From: Alphaproteobacteria bacterium
Lineage (GTDB): Bacteria > Pseudomonadota > Alphaproteobacteria > Rhizobiales > JAJFHC01
Length of the DNA: 64,000 nt
NCBI GenBank assembly: GCA_021775805.1
Contig: JAJFHD010000017.1
Span: 3,142-67,141, forward strand
Direction of reading: 5' to 3'
Each line of letters starts with the position of its first letter. Positions within the stretch are counted from its first letter, which is position 1. This document shows positions 45,212 through 55,095 of this stretch, piece by piece. The notes under the pieces were generated by a model. The model was not told the DNA's origin and did not search any database. It saw only the letters and a list, made by a program, of their open reading frames with translations. Both the position numbers and the translations under genes were made by a program.

Positions 45212-46330
45212 TCAGGCAAGCGCCATGACATCGATCGAAATCCGGGCGCCGGTGCCGTGCAACCGGGCGACGGGCAGGCCGGTGGAGGCCGGTCCGGGGC
45301 TTGCGTAATAGCCGTGGCGGACGGTCATGTTGCCGTGCAGTTCTTCCGGCGTGGCGCCACCCACATAATGCGCCGTCAGCTTGGCGACATTGCTGAAAGC
45401 CATGCCCTGGCCGACAAGCGCGGCCTCGATGTCGCGCATCATTGCCGCGGTCTGACCGACCAGCCCCAATGACGGATCGCCGCACGAGGCGCTGACCCAG
45501 AGGAATGTCCCCGACCGCCTGCAATAGGCCGCGACGGATGCCGTGCCTGAGGATATAACATCGAGCGTGCATTGCATGCCGGCCACGAAAGTCAGGTCCC
45601 CGGCCAGAACACCGGCAGAGGACCGGGCCGCCGATGTGATGACGGCGGCGTTGCAGTCGGTAATCAGGCCGCTGTCTTCAAGGCCCGACAATTGCTGCCC
45701 GGGCGCTTCATCGGGTTCGTCATCGGCAGACAGAAACCAGTGATCGGAAAGCAGGTTGGACGCCGACAGGCCGTAACCGCCGAGCAGCGACTGAAGCGCC
45801 CGGGTGCTGCGCGCGCCCGACAGGGGTCCGGATCCGGAACCCGGAACATGGCACTGTGCCCACACCAGGCCGCCGCCTTCGACGGCTTCGACGTTCACGC
45901 CGGCTTCGGCATCGCCTGCCGTGGCCAGGCGTCGGATGTCCGGCCCGAAGAAGACATCGACCTCGATCATCATGCCGTCATAATAGAAATGGGGAACCGC
46001 AACCGGGACCAGAAGCGGCACCGCACCGAAACGCTGGCGCAGGACTGCCACCATGGCGTCGGCCGCGCCGGGCCGGTCTGCCACATGATAGACGACCAAC
46101 TTGGCAATTGCGGACCGGTCCATGCCGCCCCGTTGGGTGATCTGGTCGATGTAATCGCAGACACTGGCCGTCTGCGCGACAAGATCTCCGCTGAACAGAA
46201 CCTGTCCCTGCGCGTCGAGCGGGCACTGTCCGCAGCTCCAGGCAAGATCCCCGTGCCGCACCAGTTGCGACACCGGCACATCCACCTGCATCGACCACGT
46301 ATCAAAGGGGACTACTGTCCGACCTGCCAT
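45212..46330 (-). CDS. triple-domain RidA/YjgF/L-PSP family protein (middle domain degenerate)
   Basis: Domain 1 ends MMIEVDVFFG and domain 3 ends ARISIDVMALA. The central segment of about 120 aa has the same length class but weak motifs. Confidence 0.7.
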   Translation of the reverse strand: MAGRTVVPFDTWSMQVDVPVSQLVRHGDLAWSCGQCPLDAQGQVLFSGDLVAQTASVCDYIDQITQRGGMDRSAIAKLVVYHVADRPGAADAMVAVLRQRFGAVPLLVPVAVPHFYYDGMMIEVDVFFGPDIRRLATAGDAEAGVNVEAVEGGGLVWAQCHVPGSGSGPLSGARSTRALQSLLGGYGLSASNLLSDHWFLSADDEPDEAPGQQLSGLEDSGLITDCNAAVITSAARSSAGVLAGDLTFVAGMQCTLDVISSGTASVAAYCRRSGTFLWVSASCGDPSLGLVGQTAAMMRDIEAALVGQGMAFSNVAKLTAHYVGGATPEELHGNMTVRHGYYASPGPASTGLPVARLHGTGARISIDVMALA

Positions 46331-46401
46331 AGCTGCCGCCCCAATCGTTCGGTTGACCGGGACGCAGGATGCCTGAAGCCGGCGCCATAATCACCTAGTT
46401 T

Positions 46402-46432
46402 TTAATGAGAACGATTTGCATTTGCATTGACA
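46402..46432 (+). promoter_or_regulatory. Fur/Mur-type metal-regulator box candidate overlapping a -35 TTGACA
   Basis: TAATGAGAACGATTTGCA matches 13 of 18 positions of the classic Fur half-box string TAATGATAATCATTATCA. Tandem TTTGCA hexamers run into TTGACA at 46427..46432. Upstream of the sit operon. Confidence 0.4.
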
Positions 46433-46499
46433 GACACCCCCCCGGGCGATATTGAAGCCTGATGAACAAATGTGTTCCCTGTTGCTTCTGGAGTTTCGG

Positions 46500-47393
46500 A
46501 TGAGTTTGCGCGGACGTCTTTTTGCCGTGATGCTGGTCGTCACCGTCGCGTGTCTGCCGTCAGGCGCACATGCCAAGAAATTCAAGGCGATAACAACCTT
46601 TACGGTGATCGCCGATATCGCCCGCAATGTCGCGGGCGACGCCGCCGTGGTCGAGTCCATCACCAAGCCCGGCGCGGAGATTCACAATTATCAGCCGACG
46701 CCGCGCGATATCGTCAAGGGTCTCGACGCCGATCTCATTTTCTGGAATGGGCTAAGGCTGGAACTGTGGTTCGAAAAGTTCTTCCAGAACCTGCGCAATG
46801 TACCGAGTGCTGTCGTATCCGACGGTATCGAACCGATGGGCATTGCCGAGGGTCCCTATACCGGCAAGCCCAATCCCCATGCCTGGATGTCGCCGACGGA
46901 CGCTTTGGTCTATGTCGAAAACATCCGCAAGGCGTTCGTGAAACACGATCCTTCGAATGCCGAGAGCTACAACAAGAATGCTGCGGCCTATAGCGAGAAG
47001 ATCAAGGCGGTTGCCGCCCCGATACGGGCGGCCATCGAAAGAATTCCCCCGGAAAAACGCTGGCTGGTGACCAGCGAAGGCGCGTTCAGCTATCTGGCCC
47101 GCGACTTCGGACTGAAGGAACTCTACCTGTGGCCCATCAATGCCGATGCCCAAGGGACCCCCCAGCAGGTGCGCAAGGTGATTGATGCCGTCCGGGCAAA
47201 CAACATTGTGGCGGTATTCAGCGAAAGCACGGTGTCGCCCGACCCGGCCCAGCAGGTGGCACGTGAAACTGGCGCCAAATACGGCGGTGTGCTTTATGTG
47301 GATTCTCTGACCGAAGAGGACGGGGCGGTCCCGACCTTCCTCGACCTCCTGCGCGTCACTTCCGAAACCGTTGCCAGGGCACTGTCGCAATGA
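46500..47393 (+). CDS. sitA: metal (Mn/Fe) ABC transporter substrate-binding protein, TroA/SitA cluster-9 family
   Basis: Signal peptide, then [36 protein letters not shown] metal-binding motifs. Confidence 0.8.
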   Translation: MSLRGRLFAVMLVVTVACLPSGAHAKKFKAITTFTVIADIARNVAGDAAVVESITKPGAEIHNYQPTPRDIVKGLDADLIFWNGLRLELWFEKFFQNLRNVPSAVVSDGIEPMGIAEGPYTGKPNPHAWMSPTDALVYVENIRKAFVKHDPSNAESYNKNAAAYSEKIKAVAAPIRAAIERIPPEKRWLVTSEGAFSYLARDFGLKELYLWPINADAQGTPQQVRKVIDAVRANNIVAVFSESTVSPDPAQQVARETGAKYGGVLYVDSLTEEDGAVPTFLDLLRVTSETVARALSQ

Positions 47394-48316
47394 ACCAGAT
47401 CGGCACTCCAGCGATTACCGCACCGGATGCCGATGCAGTGACCGAGCCAGGCCTTGAGATCGACAACATCACGGTCACCTACCGCAACGGTCATACCGCC
47501 TTGCGCAATGCCAGTTTCCAGATCCCGCGCGGCACGATCACGGCCCTTGTGGGCGTCAATGGCAGTGGCAAGTCGACCATGTTCAAGGCGATCATGGGTT
47601 TCGTGCCGCTGGCCGAAGGCTCGGTATCGGTGCTCGGCGAGGATGCCGGTCGGGCGCTTTCCCGCAACACGGTGGCCTATGTGCCGCAAAGCGAGGATGT
47701 GGACTGGAATTTTCCCGTCCTGGTCGAGGACGTGGTGATGATGGGCCGCTACGGCCACATGAATTTCATGCGTATTGCAAAAACCCTGGACCGGGAGATG
47801 GTTGCCTCAGCGCTTGAGCGCGTCGGCATGAGCGCCTACCGCGACCGCCAGATCGGCGAGCTGTCAGGCGGTCAGAAAAAACGCGTGTTTCTAGCCCGCG
47901 CGCTTGCCCAGGAAGGCCAAGTGATCCTGCTCGACGAACCGTTCACCGGGGTCGACGTGAAAACCGAAGAAGCCATCATTACCCTGTTGCGCTCACTCAG
48001 GGATGAAGGCCGGGTGATACTGGTTTCGACCCATAATCTGGGATCCGTGCCGGAATTCTGCGACCGCGCGGTGCTGATTAACCGGACTGTGCTGGCGGCC
48101 GGCAAGACAGCGGATGTATTCACCCAGTCCAACCTCGAACAGGCTTTCGGCGGTGTCTTGCGCCACTTTATCCTGGGCGGGGCCGACCTCCACGACGACG
48201 AGGACACCCGCCAGGTCACAGTTCTGACCGATGACGAGCGTCCGTTCGTCATTTACGGCGAGCAACCCGATGGCCAGGACAGCCCGCCCAACGATACCAG
48301 CGGCGGTGGACCATGA
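47390..48316 (+). CDS. sitB: metal ABC transporter ATP-binding protein
   Basis: Walker [10 protein letters not shown], signature LSGGQKKR, Walker B ILLDEPF. ATGA overlap with sitA. Confidence 0.85.
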   Translation: MNQIGTPAITAPDADAVTEPGLEIDNITVTYRNGHTALRNASFQIPRGTITALVGVNGSGKSTMFKAIMGFVPLAEGSVSVLGEDAGRALSRNTVAYVPQSEDVDWNFPVLVEDVVMMGRYGHMNFMRIAKTLDREMVASALERVGMSAYRDRQIGELSGGQKKRVFLARALAQEGQVILLDEPFTGVDVKTEEAIITLLRSLRDEGRVILVSTHNLGSVPEFCDRAVLINRTVLAAGKTADVFTQSNLEQAFGGVLRHFILGGADLHDDEDTRQVTVLTDDERPFVIYGEQPDGQDSPPNDTSGGGP

Positions 48317-49185
48317 TCGCCAGCCTGACCGAACCGTTCGGTTACAGCTACATGGTCAACGCCATGTGGGTGAGCGCCCTGGTGGGGGCTGTCTGCGCGT
48401 TTCTGTCAGCCTATCTGATGCTGAAAGGCTGGTCGCTGATCGGTGATGCCCTGTCCCATTCCATCGTGCCCGGCGTTGCCGGCGCCTACATGCTCGGCCT
48501 GCCCTTTGCGTTCGGGGCATTTATCGCCGGCGGACTGGCAGCCGCCGCCATGCTGTTTCTGAACCAGCGTACCAAACTGAAAGAAGACGCCATCATCGGG
48601 CTCATCTTCACGTCGTTTTTTGGCCTGGGCCTGTTCATGGTATCGCTGTCGCCGACTTCCGTTAACATCCAGACCATCGTGCTCGGCAACGTGCTGGCGA
48701 TCACGCCCGGCGACACCCTGCAGCTGGTGATCATCTCCGGGGTCTCGCTGACGATTCTGGCGTTGAAGTGGAAAGACCTGATGGTCACCTTCTTCGATGA
48801 AAACCACGCCCGTTCAATCGGTCTCAACCCGCTGTTCCTGAAGGGCCTGTTTTTCACCCTGCTCAGCGCCTGCACAGTGGCAGCTCTTCAGACGGTGGGC
48901 GCGTTTCTGGTGATCGCCATGGTGGTGACGCCGGGCGCCACGGCCTATCTGCTGACCGACCGTTTCCCGCGCCTGATCCTGATCAGTGTCGCGATCGGGG
49001 CTGTATCGAGTTTTGTCGGCGCCTATATCAGCTATTTCCTCGACGGGGCGACCGGCGGCGTCATCGTGGTGCTGCAGACGGCAGGCTTTCTGGTGGCCTT
49101 CTTCCTGGCGCCCAAACACGGCATGATCGCTGCCAGACGCCGTGGACGTGCCACGCTGGAGTCGCAAGAGGAACTGCCGGTATGA
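48313..49185 (+). CDS. sitC: metal ABC transporter permease
   Basis: ABC-3 family permease (..[13 protein letters not shown]..). 4-nt overlap with sitB. Confidence 0.85.
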   Translation: MIASLTEPFGYSYMVNAMWVSALVGAVCAFLSAYLMLKGWSLIGDALSHSIVPGVAGAYMLGLPFAFGAFIAGGLAAAAMLFLNQRTKLKEDAIIGLIFTSFFGLGLFMVSLSPTSVNIQTIVLGNVLAITPGDTLQLVIISGVSLTILALKWKDLMVTFFDENHARSIGLNPLFLKGLFFTLLSACTVAALQTVGAFLVIAMVVTPGATAYLLTDRFPRLILISVAIGAVSSFVGAYISYFLDGATGGVIVVLQTAGFLVAFFLAPKHGMIAARRRGRATLESQEELPV

Positions 49186-50018
49186 GCGGTTTCCTTGAAG
49201 CCCTGTCATTCCCATTCATCCTGCCGTTCATGCAGCAGGCATTCGTCATCTCGATACTGGTGGCTGTGCCGGCGGCCCTGCTCTCGTGTTTCCTGGTGCT
49301 GAAAGGCTGGTCGCTGATGGGGGACGCCATTTCACACGCGGTGCTGCCCGGCGTGGTGCTGGCCTACATCGCCGGGATACCGCTGGCAATCGGGGCCTTC
49401 GGTGCCGGCATGACCTGCGCCCTGGCGACCGGCTTCCTGAAGGAAAACAGCCGGGTGAAAGAGGACACCGTCATGGGGGTCGTGTTCTCGGGCATGTTCG
49501 GCTTAGGGATCGTTCTCTACACAAAGATCACCACCGATATTCACCTCGACCACATCCTGTTCGGCAACATGCTGGGGGTGTCGTGGGGAGACGTTGCCGA
49601 AAGCGGCACGATTGCCGTTATCGTCTCCGGCATCATCGCATTGAAGTGGCGCGACCTGCTGCTGCATTCCTTCGACCCGCAACAGGCCCGTGCCATCGGC
49701 CTGCCCGTACGGCTCTTGCACTATGGCCTGCTTTCGATCCTGTCGCTGACCATCGTCGGCGCGCTCAAGGCGGTCGGCATCATCCTGGCCATCGCCCTGC
49801 TGGTAGCCCCCGGCGCCATCGCCTTCCTGCTCACCGACCGGTTCGACCGCATGCTGTTGATCGCGCTCGCCATCGCCGTGGGTACGTCGTTCTTCGGCGT
49901 CTATGCAAGTTTCTTCATCGACAGCGCGCCGGCTCCGACCATCGTGCTGCTGATGTCGGGGCTGTTCGTGGTGGTGTTTGTGGCGACGACGCGGGCTCGG
50001 CGGCGAAGCGGGGCTTGA
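49182..50018 (+). CDS. sitD: metal ABC transporter permease (second permease)
   Basis: Paralogous ABC-3 permease (..GDAISHAVLPGVV..). 4-nt overlap with sitC. Two permeases is the sit/tro-type arrangement. Confidence 0.85.
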   Translation: MSGFLEALSFPFILPFMQQAFVISILVAVPAALLSCFLVLKGWSLMGDAISHAVLPGVVLAYIAGIPLAIGAFGAGMTCALATGFLKENSRVKEDTVMGVVFSGMFGLGIVLYTKITTDIHLDHILFGNMLGVSWGDVAESGTIAVIVSGIIALKWRDLLLHSFDPQQARAIGLPVRLLHYGLLSILSLTIVGALKAVGIILAIALLVAPGAIAFLLTDRFDRMLLIALAIAVGTSFFGVYASFFIDSAPAPTIVLLMSGLFVVVFVATTRARRRSGA

Positions 50019-50038
50019 GAGGGCAATTTGACCCGCTA

Positions 50039-50320
50039 TCATCGCTGGCCAATCTCGCCCACTTTCGTGGTTGCCAGCCAGATCCCCGCCAGCACAGCCC
50101 CCATCCCAATGACGAGATTCACCGTGATCGGCTCACCGACAAGCTGGGTTGCCAGCAGGGCCACGGTAACCGGAAGAGTGCAACAGAAACCGATGGCCCA
50201 CCGCAGGACCGCAAGCGTGATCGGATCTGCCTCACCCGCCAGATAGCGCGTAACGGCAAGGGCGGTTCCTCCCAGAATGCTGGAGACAACCGCCATGGCG
50301 ACACCGGACTGCTCAGTCAT
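50039..50320 (-). pseudogene. DMT/EamA transporter remnant with apparent in-frame internal deletion (93 aa)
   Basis: An EamA-like N-terminus (AVVSSILGGTALAVTRYLAGEADPITLAVLRWAIGF) is joined directly to an EamA C-terminal end (LVGEPITVNLVIGMGAVLAGIWLATT). About 200 aa expected between them are missing. Confidence 0.4.
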
Positions 50321-50602
50321 GTTCGGCCCTTCCCTTGTGCTCTGGCAGCAGGGTCCACCAGCAAGGAGTATGGAGAGTCGATGCTGACGATTGGCGTCAA
50401 CAGGCATGACATGCCCCGGCTGATCGCGCATTCAGTTAGCATCGAGGCGCCGGCATCCCTCCAGTCAACCCACGTTGTCGCCCGGAAGATCGACGAGACC
50501 GGTTAACCCTGTCCCCGGCTTCCGGGTTGTCGAATCGCCGTGCACCGCTATCCTGTTGCAATCATGTCACGGACAGCCCGCAACGCGGGGGAAAGAGGGA
50601 AC

Positions 50603-51295
50603 ATGACCAACAAACTTGCAGCAGAAGCGTTCGGAACATTCTGGCTCGTCCTGGGCGGGTGCGGCAGTGCCGTTCTGGCGGCAGCTTTTCCCGAGGTCGG
50701 CATTGGCCTGCTCGGCGTGTCGCTTGCCTTTGGCCTGACGGTGCTGACCATGGCCTATGCGGTTGGTGGAATTTCGGGTGGTCATTTCAACCCTGCGGTG
50801 TCCCTGGGGCTGGCGGTTGCCGGCAAGTTTGAATGGAAAGATTTTGTACCCTACGTCATTGCCCAGGTGGTGGGCGGCGCGCTGGGGGCGCTGGTGCTGT
50901 TTGTCATCGTCTCGGGCAAAGGCGACTTTACGTCGGTCGGCGGGTTTGCCTCCAACGGGTTTGGCGAGCACTCGCCCGGCGGTTTCTCGATGATGTCGGC
51001 CCTGATTGCCGAAGTGGTGATGACGGCGTTTTTCCTGATCATCATCCTGGGCGCCACCGGCAAGCTGGCACCGGCGGGCTTCGCGCCGATCGCGATCGGT
51101 TTGGGACTGACGCTGATTCACCTGATCTCGATCCCGGTGACCAACACCTCCGTCAACCCGGCCCGGTCGACTGCCGTGGCGCTTTTTGCCGACAGCTGGG
51201 CGCTGCAGCAATTGTGGCTTTTCTGGCTGGCGCCGCTGGTCGGTGCGGCCCTGGGTGCACTTGTCTGGAAGGCACTTCTGGGCGAGGGAGAGTAA
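50603..51295 (+). CDS. aqpZ: aquaporin Z
   Basis: Two NPA boxes (HFNPAVS, SVNPARS) and the [22 protein letters not shown]-terminus typical of AqpZ. Confidence 0.92.
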   Translation: MTNKLAAEAFGTFWLVLGGCGSAVLAAAFPEVGIGLLGVSLAFGLTVLTMAYAVGGISGGHFNPAVSLGLAVAGKFEWKDFVPYVIAQVVGGALGALVLFVIVSGKGDFTSVGGFASNGFGEHSPGGFSMMSALIAEVVMTAFFLIIILGATGKLAPAGFAPIAIGLGLTLIHLISIPVTNTSVNPARSTAVALFADSWALQQLWLFWLAPLVGAALGALVWKALLGEGE

Positions 51296-51393
51296 AGTTT
51301 CATCAGGTCTTATCCTGTGGCGGCAACACGCGCCTTGAAACAATGTTCTGGCCTGCAAAGGCGCAGAATTTGACTCTTCAACGCTTGTGTGTT

Positions 51394-51436
51394 GAAACTG
51401 GAACAGCGTTCCGGAACACTGTTCCAGTTTCTTTTG
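51394..51436 (+). terminator. strong intrinsic terminator-like hairpin
   Basis: GAAACTGGAACAGCGTTCC/GGAACACTGTTCCAGTTTC (19 bp, one mismatch) followed by TTTTG. About 100 nt after the aqpZ stop and 20 nt before the iclR ATG. Confidence 0.7.
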
Positions 51437-51455
51437 ATAAAAACCACACGAGCTC

Positions 51456-52259
51456 ATGTCACAGCAGATCGACCGAACTTTGGATGCCCTTGAGCTTCAT
51501 GCAGGAAGCTCCGATGGATTTCCACTCAGCGAAACTGCAACCCGCCTGGGACTTTCAAAGGGCGCTGCTCACCGCTTGTTGAGCCAACTGGTTCAACGGG
51601 GTTATCTCGAACAGGATCCCATCAGCCAGCGATATCGGCTCACCCTTCGACTTGTCGCTCTCGGCTTCCAGCACCTGACGAATACCGGGCTCACTGATAT
51701 CTGCCAGCCTGAACTCGACAAGATTGCCGAACTCACGGGCGAACTTGTCCGCCTCACTGTCGTCGACGGCGACAACCTGATCTGGGCAGCCGAGGCCCAG
51801 GGCGCCAAACGCGGGCTGCGATATGACGGCAACTACGGACGGACCGTAAATCTTACGGCAACCGGAACCGGCAAATGCTGGCTGGCAACACTGGAAGAAA
51901 CACGGGTCCGCAAGATTATCGACGACCAGGGTTTTGGCGATCCCGCGGAAGTCGGACCAATGGCCCTCAGGGACATCGATCTTGTATTGGAGGAAATCGC
52001 CAGGACGCGCCAACGCGGTTTCGGCATTGCCTATGAGGAAGGCGAACCGGGCATGTGCGCGATTGCTGCGGCAATTCCAGGCACTGCCGACGACGCCCCG
52101 TATGTCGGCACGGTGAGCGTCGCGGCGCCGACGGTGAGAACGCCACTGGAAAAACTCGAAGCCTGGGCACCCCAGGTCATGGATCTTGCGACCCGCTTGT
52201 CAACGCTGTGGCCGATCCGCGCCTTCCAGCCCTCTTCTGCAGAGAGGATGAGCGCGTGA
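51456..52259 (+). CDS. IclR family transcriptional regulator
   Basis: N-terminal wHTH (LSETATRLGLSKGAAHRLLSQLVQRGYLEQD) plus a C-terminal IclR effector domain. Confidence 0.88.
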   Translation: MSQQIDRTLDALELHAGSSDGFPLSETATRLGLSKGAAHRLLSQLVQRGYLEQDPISQRYRLTLRLVALGFQHLTNTGLTDICQPELDKIAELTGELVRLTVVDGDNLIWAAEAQGAKRGLRYDGNYGRTVNLTATGTGKCWLATLEETRVRKIIDDQGFGDPAEVGPMALRDIDLVLEEIARTRQRGFGIAYEEGEPGMCAIAAAIPGTADDAPYVGTVSVAAPTVRTPLEKLEAWAPQVMDLATRLSTLWPIRAFQPSSAERMSA

Positions 52260-52273
52260 CGGGCGAACGGGAG

Positions 52274-53113
52274 ATGAATTCGGATCCTTCTTCGGATCCT
52301 TCGACGGCGAACACCTGGAACACGCTATGGCAACGGCTTGCCGGGTTCCGCCAGTTTGTGATCAGCTTTGTTGTTTTGTTCGTTGTCTGGGAACTTGCGG
52401 TCTATGTCTTCGATGTAAAATCCTATCTGCTGCCGGCCCCGTCGCTGATCTGGCAGGAGTTCTCAACGCGCTGGTCCTATGTCCTCGACAACACCTGGGT
52501 GACGACCAGCGAAATCGTTGTCGGTTACCTGCTTGCAATCGCCGTCAGTGTGCCACTGGCTGTCTTCGTCGCCTATTTCCCGTCGATGGAGCGCACGGTT
52601 TACCCGATCATTGTGTTTCTGCAGATCGTCCCCAAAATTGCGATCGCGCCCTTGTTCATCATCTGGTTCGGCTTCGGTTTCACGCCAAAAATCCTGCTGG
52701 TGTTCCTGCTCTCGTTCTTTCCGATCGTGGTGTCCAGCATAGCCGGCTTCAAGTCGATCGACGAAGAGACCATGGAACTCGCCAAATCAACCGGCGCCAG
52801 CCCGTGGATGATATTCCGCAAGATCCGGCTGCCCCATGCGATGCCGGCCATCTTCACCGGACTCAAAGTCGCCGCTGCTCTGTCGTCGACGGCCGCGGTC
52901 GTTGCCGAATTCGTGGCTTCCGACAAGGGGCTCGGTTATCTGCTTCTGCGATACAACGGCGATATCGAAACACCGATGGTCTTTGCCACGATCATGGTGC
53001 TCTCGATCGTCGGGCTGATTGTCTACTACGTGGTCGAATACATCGAGAGGCTCGCCATTCCGTGGCATGTCTCGCAACGCGGCGATAAAGGGAACATTCA
53101 GATTCCCGGTTAG
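52274..53113 (+). CDS. ABC transporter permease (nitrate/sulfonate/taurine NitT family)
   Basis: BPD-type permease with EAA-loop region (ELAKSTGASPWMIFRKIRLP). ATG at 52274; a GTG at 52256 is an alternative start. Confidence 0.85.
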   Translation: MNSDPSSDPSTANTWNTLWQRLAGFRQFVISFVVLFVVWELAVYVFDVKSYLLPAPSLIWQEFSTRWSYVLDNTWVTTSEIVVGYLLAIAVSVPLAVFVAYFPSMERTVYPIIVFLQIVPKIAIAPLFIIWFGFGFTPKILLVFLLSFFPIVVSSIAGFKSIDEETMELAKSTGASPWMIFRKIRLPHAMPAIFTGLKVAAALSSTAAVVAEFVASDKGLGYLLLRYNGDIETPMVFATIMVLSIVGLIVYYVVEYIERLAIPWHVSQRGDKGNIQIPG

Positions 53114-53155
53114 AAACCAGCAATCCAAACCAGAAATCCAACAAGGGAGGACTAC

Positions 53156-54139
53156 ATGAAACGTACTGGAATTATCGGGCTTGCCGTGGCTTTGTCCATG
53201 GCCGTCCTGGGCGGATCGGTTGCCAAAGCTGCCGATGAAGTATCCATCAGGCTGAACTGGTATCTCGTCGGTTTTCATGCCCCGATTTACCTGGGTAAGG
53301 AAAAGGGGTTCTTTTCCGACGAGGGCATCGACCTCACAATCAACGAAGGGCGTGGGTCTGGTGTCGCTGCCAAAGTCGTCGGCGCCAAAGACGACCTGTT
53401 CGGTATTGCGGACGCAGGCACCATGATCATTGCCGCAGCCAAAGGCATCCCGATCAAGGCCGTGATGTCGCCGATGAACATTTCTCCATTCGGGGTTGTG
53501 TCCCGGGCCGACGCCAATATCAAGACGCCGAAAGACCTCGAGGGAAAACGCCTTGCGGTTACGGCAGGCGATTCGCTTACCCAGCTTTTCCCAGCCGTGA
53601 TCAAGGCCAATGGTCTTGATGAGAGCAAGATCAACATGGTTTTTGTCGATCCGGCCGCCAAGGTTGTTTCTGTTCTTGAAAAAAAGGCGGACGCACTACT
53701 CGGTAGCGCCGATGCGCAGTTCTTCCAGATCGAGGCAAAGGGCGTCAAGGCGTCGGCTCTCAATTTTGCCGATATCGGTGTCAACACCGTGGGCCTCAGC
53801 ATCATCGCCCACGAGGATACGGTCAAGGAGAAGGGCGACCTGATCAAGCGTTTCGTCAAAGCGATGCGGCGGTCGTATGAAGCCGCCCAGAAAGACCCTG
53901 ATGCGGCGATCGCTTCGGCCGTCAAGTCAAAGCCTGATGTCAAGGCAGACGTTCTGAAGGGTCAGCTCATGGTCGACCTGGGGCTGTTGGAATCACCTGC
54001 CTCAAAGGGAAAAGGTATCGGTTACGGTGCTGCTGAAGACTGGGATCGCACGATTTCGTTGCTGAAGGAATATCGTGGCCTGAAAACCGATCGCCCGGCC
54101 TCGTCTTTCTATACCAACGAGTTCCTCCCCGGTTCGTAG
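53156..54139 (+). CDS. ABC transporter substrate-binding protein (NMT1/THI5-like, SsuA/TauA class)
   Basis: AGGGAGG RBS, signal peptide, periplasmic-binding fold of family-typical length. Confidence 0.8.
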   Translation: MKRTGIIGLAVALSMAVLGGSVAKAADEVSIRLNWYLVGFHAPIYLGKEKGFFSDEGIDLTINEGRGSGVAAKVVGAKDDLFGIADAGTMIIAAAKGIPIKAVMSPMNISPFGVVSRADANIKTPKDLEGKRLAVTAGDSLTQLFPAVIKANGLDESKINMVFVDPAAKVVSVLEKKADALLGSADAQFFQIEAKGVKASALNFADIGVNTVGLSIIAHEDTVKEKGDLIKRFVKAMRRSYEAAQKDPDAAIASAVKSKPDVKADVLKGQLMVDLGLLESPASKGKGIGYGAAEDWDRTISLLKEYRGLKTDRPASSFYTNEFLPGS

Positions 54140-54215
54140 AGGGCGGTCAGACGTGCGCTCCATAATGGCACTTCATCCTTGCGAACCCGAGACCCCGGAG
54201 GCATCCGGGGTCTCG

Positions 54216-55037
54216 ATGTCAGCCGCGGCTGACATGAGCATCCAGATCGAGAATGCCGGCAAGACATTTCGGCGCGGCAAAACGGAAACTGTTGCCCTGG
54301 AGGGTTTCGACCTTGCTGTCGGTCGTTCCGAATTCGTTGCTATCGTCGGTCCATCGGGATGCGGAAAATCAACACTCATGCGTCTTATCGCCGGGCTGAC
54401 CATGCCGACGACCGGAACCGTCAGCGTTGACGGCGAATCCGTCAAGGGACCTATCACCAATCTGGGGATAGTTTTCCAGAAACCGGTTTTGCTCGACTGG
54501 CGTGATGTTCTGCAAAACGTACTTCTTCAGGTGGAGATGCGCGGACTCAATACGGCTGATTACAAACAGCGGGCCCATGACCTCCTGGACTCGGTGGGCC
54601 TGGGTAGTTTTGAAGACCGGTACCCGCATGAGCTTTCGGGCGGCATGCAACAACGGGCTGGAATCGTGCGCGCGCTGATCCATGACCCTCCCCTTCTCAT
54701 GATGGATGAACCCTTCGGTGCGCTCGACGCGCTGACCCGGGAACAGATGCGCATCGATCTGGAGGAGCTGTGGCTCGCAACGAAAAAAACAGTTCTGTTC
54801 ATTACACACTCGATTGATGAAGCGGTCCTGCTTGCGGACAGGGTCGTGGTGATGTCGCCGCGTCCGGGCAAGGTGGAGACGATCATCGATATCGGATTGC
54901 CGCGTCCACGCGGGCTCACGGCACGCAAGTCCCCTGAATTCGACGAGGCCGTAGACACGATTACACAGATATTCCTGGCCAAGGGGGTTCTGCGCGGCGG
55001 TCGGCGCGAGATCCGGCCCAGGAAAATCGAGGACTGA
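54216..55037 (+). CDS. ABC transporter ATP-binding protein
   Basis: Walker A GPSGCGKST, signature LSGGMQQR, Walker B LLMMDEPF. The start is ambiguous (54153, 54216 or 54234). Confidence 0.85.
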   Translation: MSAAADMSIQIENAGKTFRRGKTETVALEGFDLAVGRSEFVAIVGPSGCGKSTLMRLIAGLTMPTTGTVSVDGESVKGPITNLGIVFQKPVLLDWRDVLQNVLLQVEMRGLNTADYKQRAHDLLDSVGLGSFEDRYPHELSGGMQQRAGIVRALIHDPPLLMMDEPFGALDALTREQMRIDLEELWLATKKTVLFITHSIDEAVLLADRVVVMSPRPGKVETIIDIGLPRPRGLTARKSPEFDEAVDTITQIFLAKGVLRGGRREIRPRKIED

Positions 55038-55095
55038 AAGTTGAGGACTGAAACATGAATGATCGTTGCAATCGGGACCGGGATCGAGGTGTCGA

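Noticed and set aside
49286-50506. 406-aa plus-strand ORF across sitD and the DMT remnant; also 50567..51457 minus-strand ORF over aqpZ
   Set aside because: These are off-frame or antisense to clearly identifiable permease and aquaporin genes.
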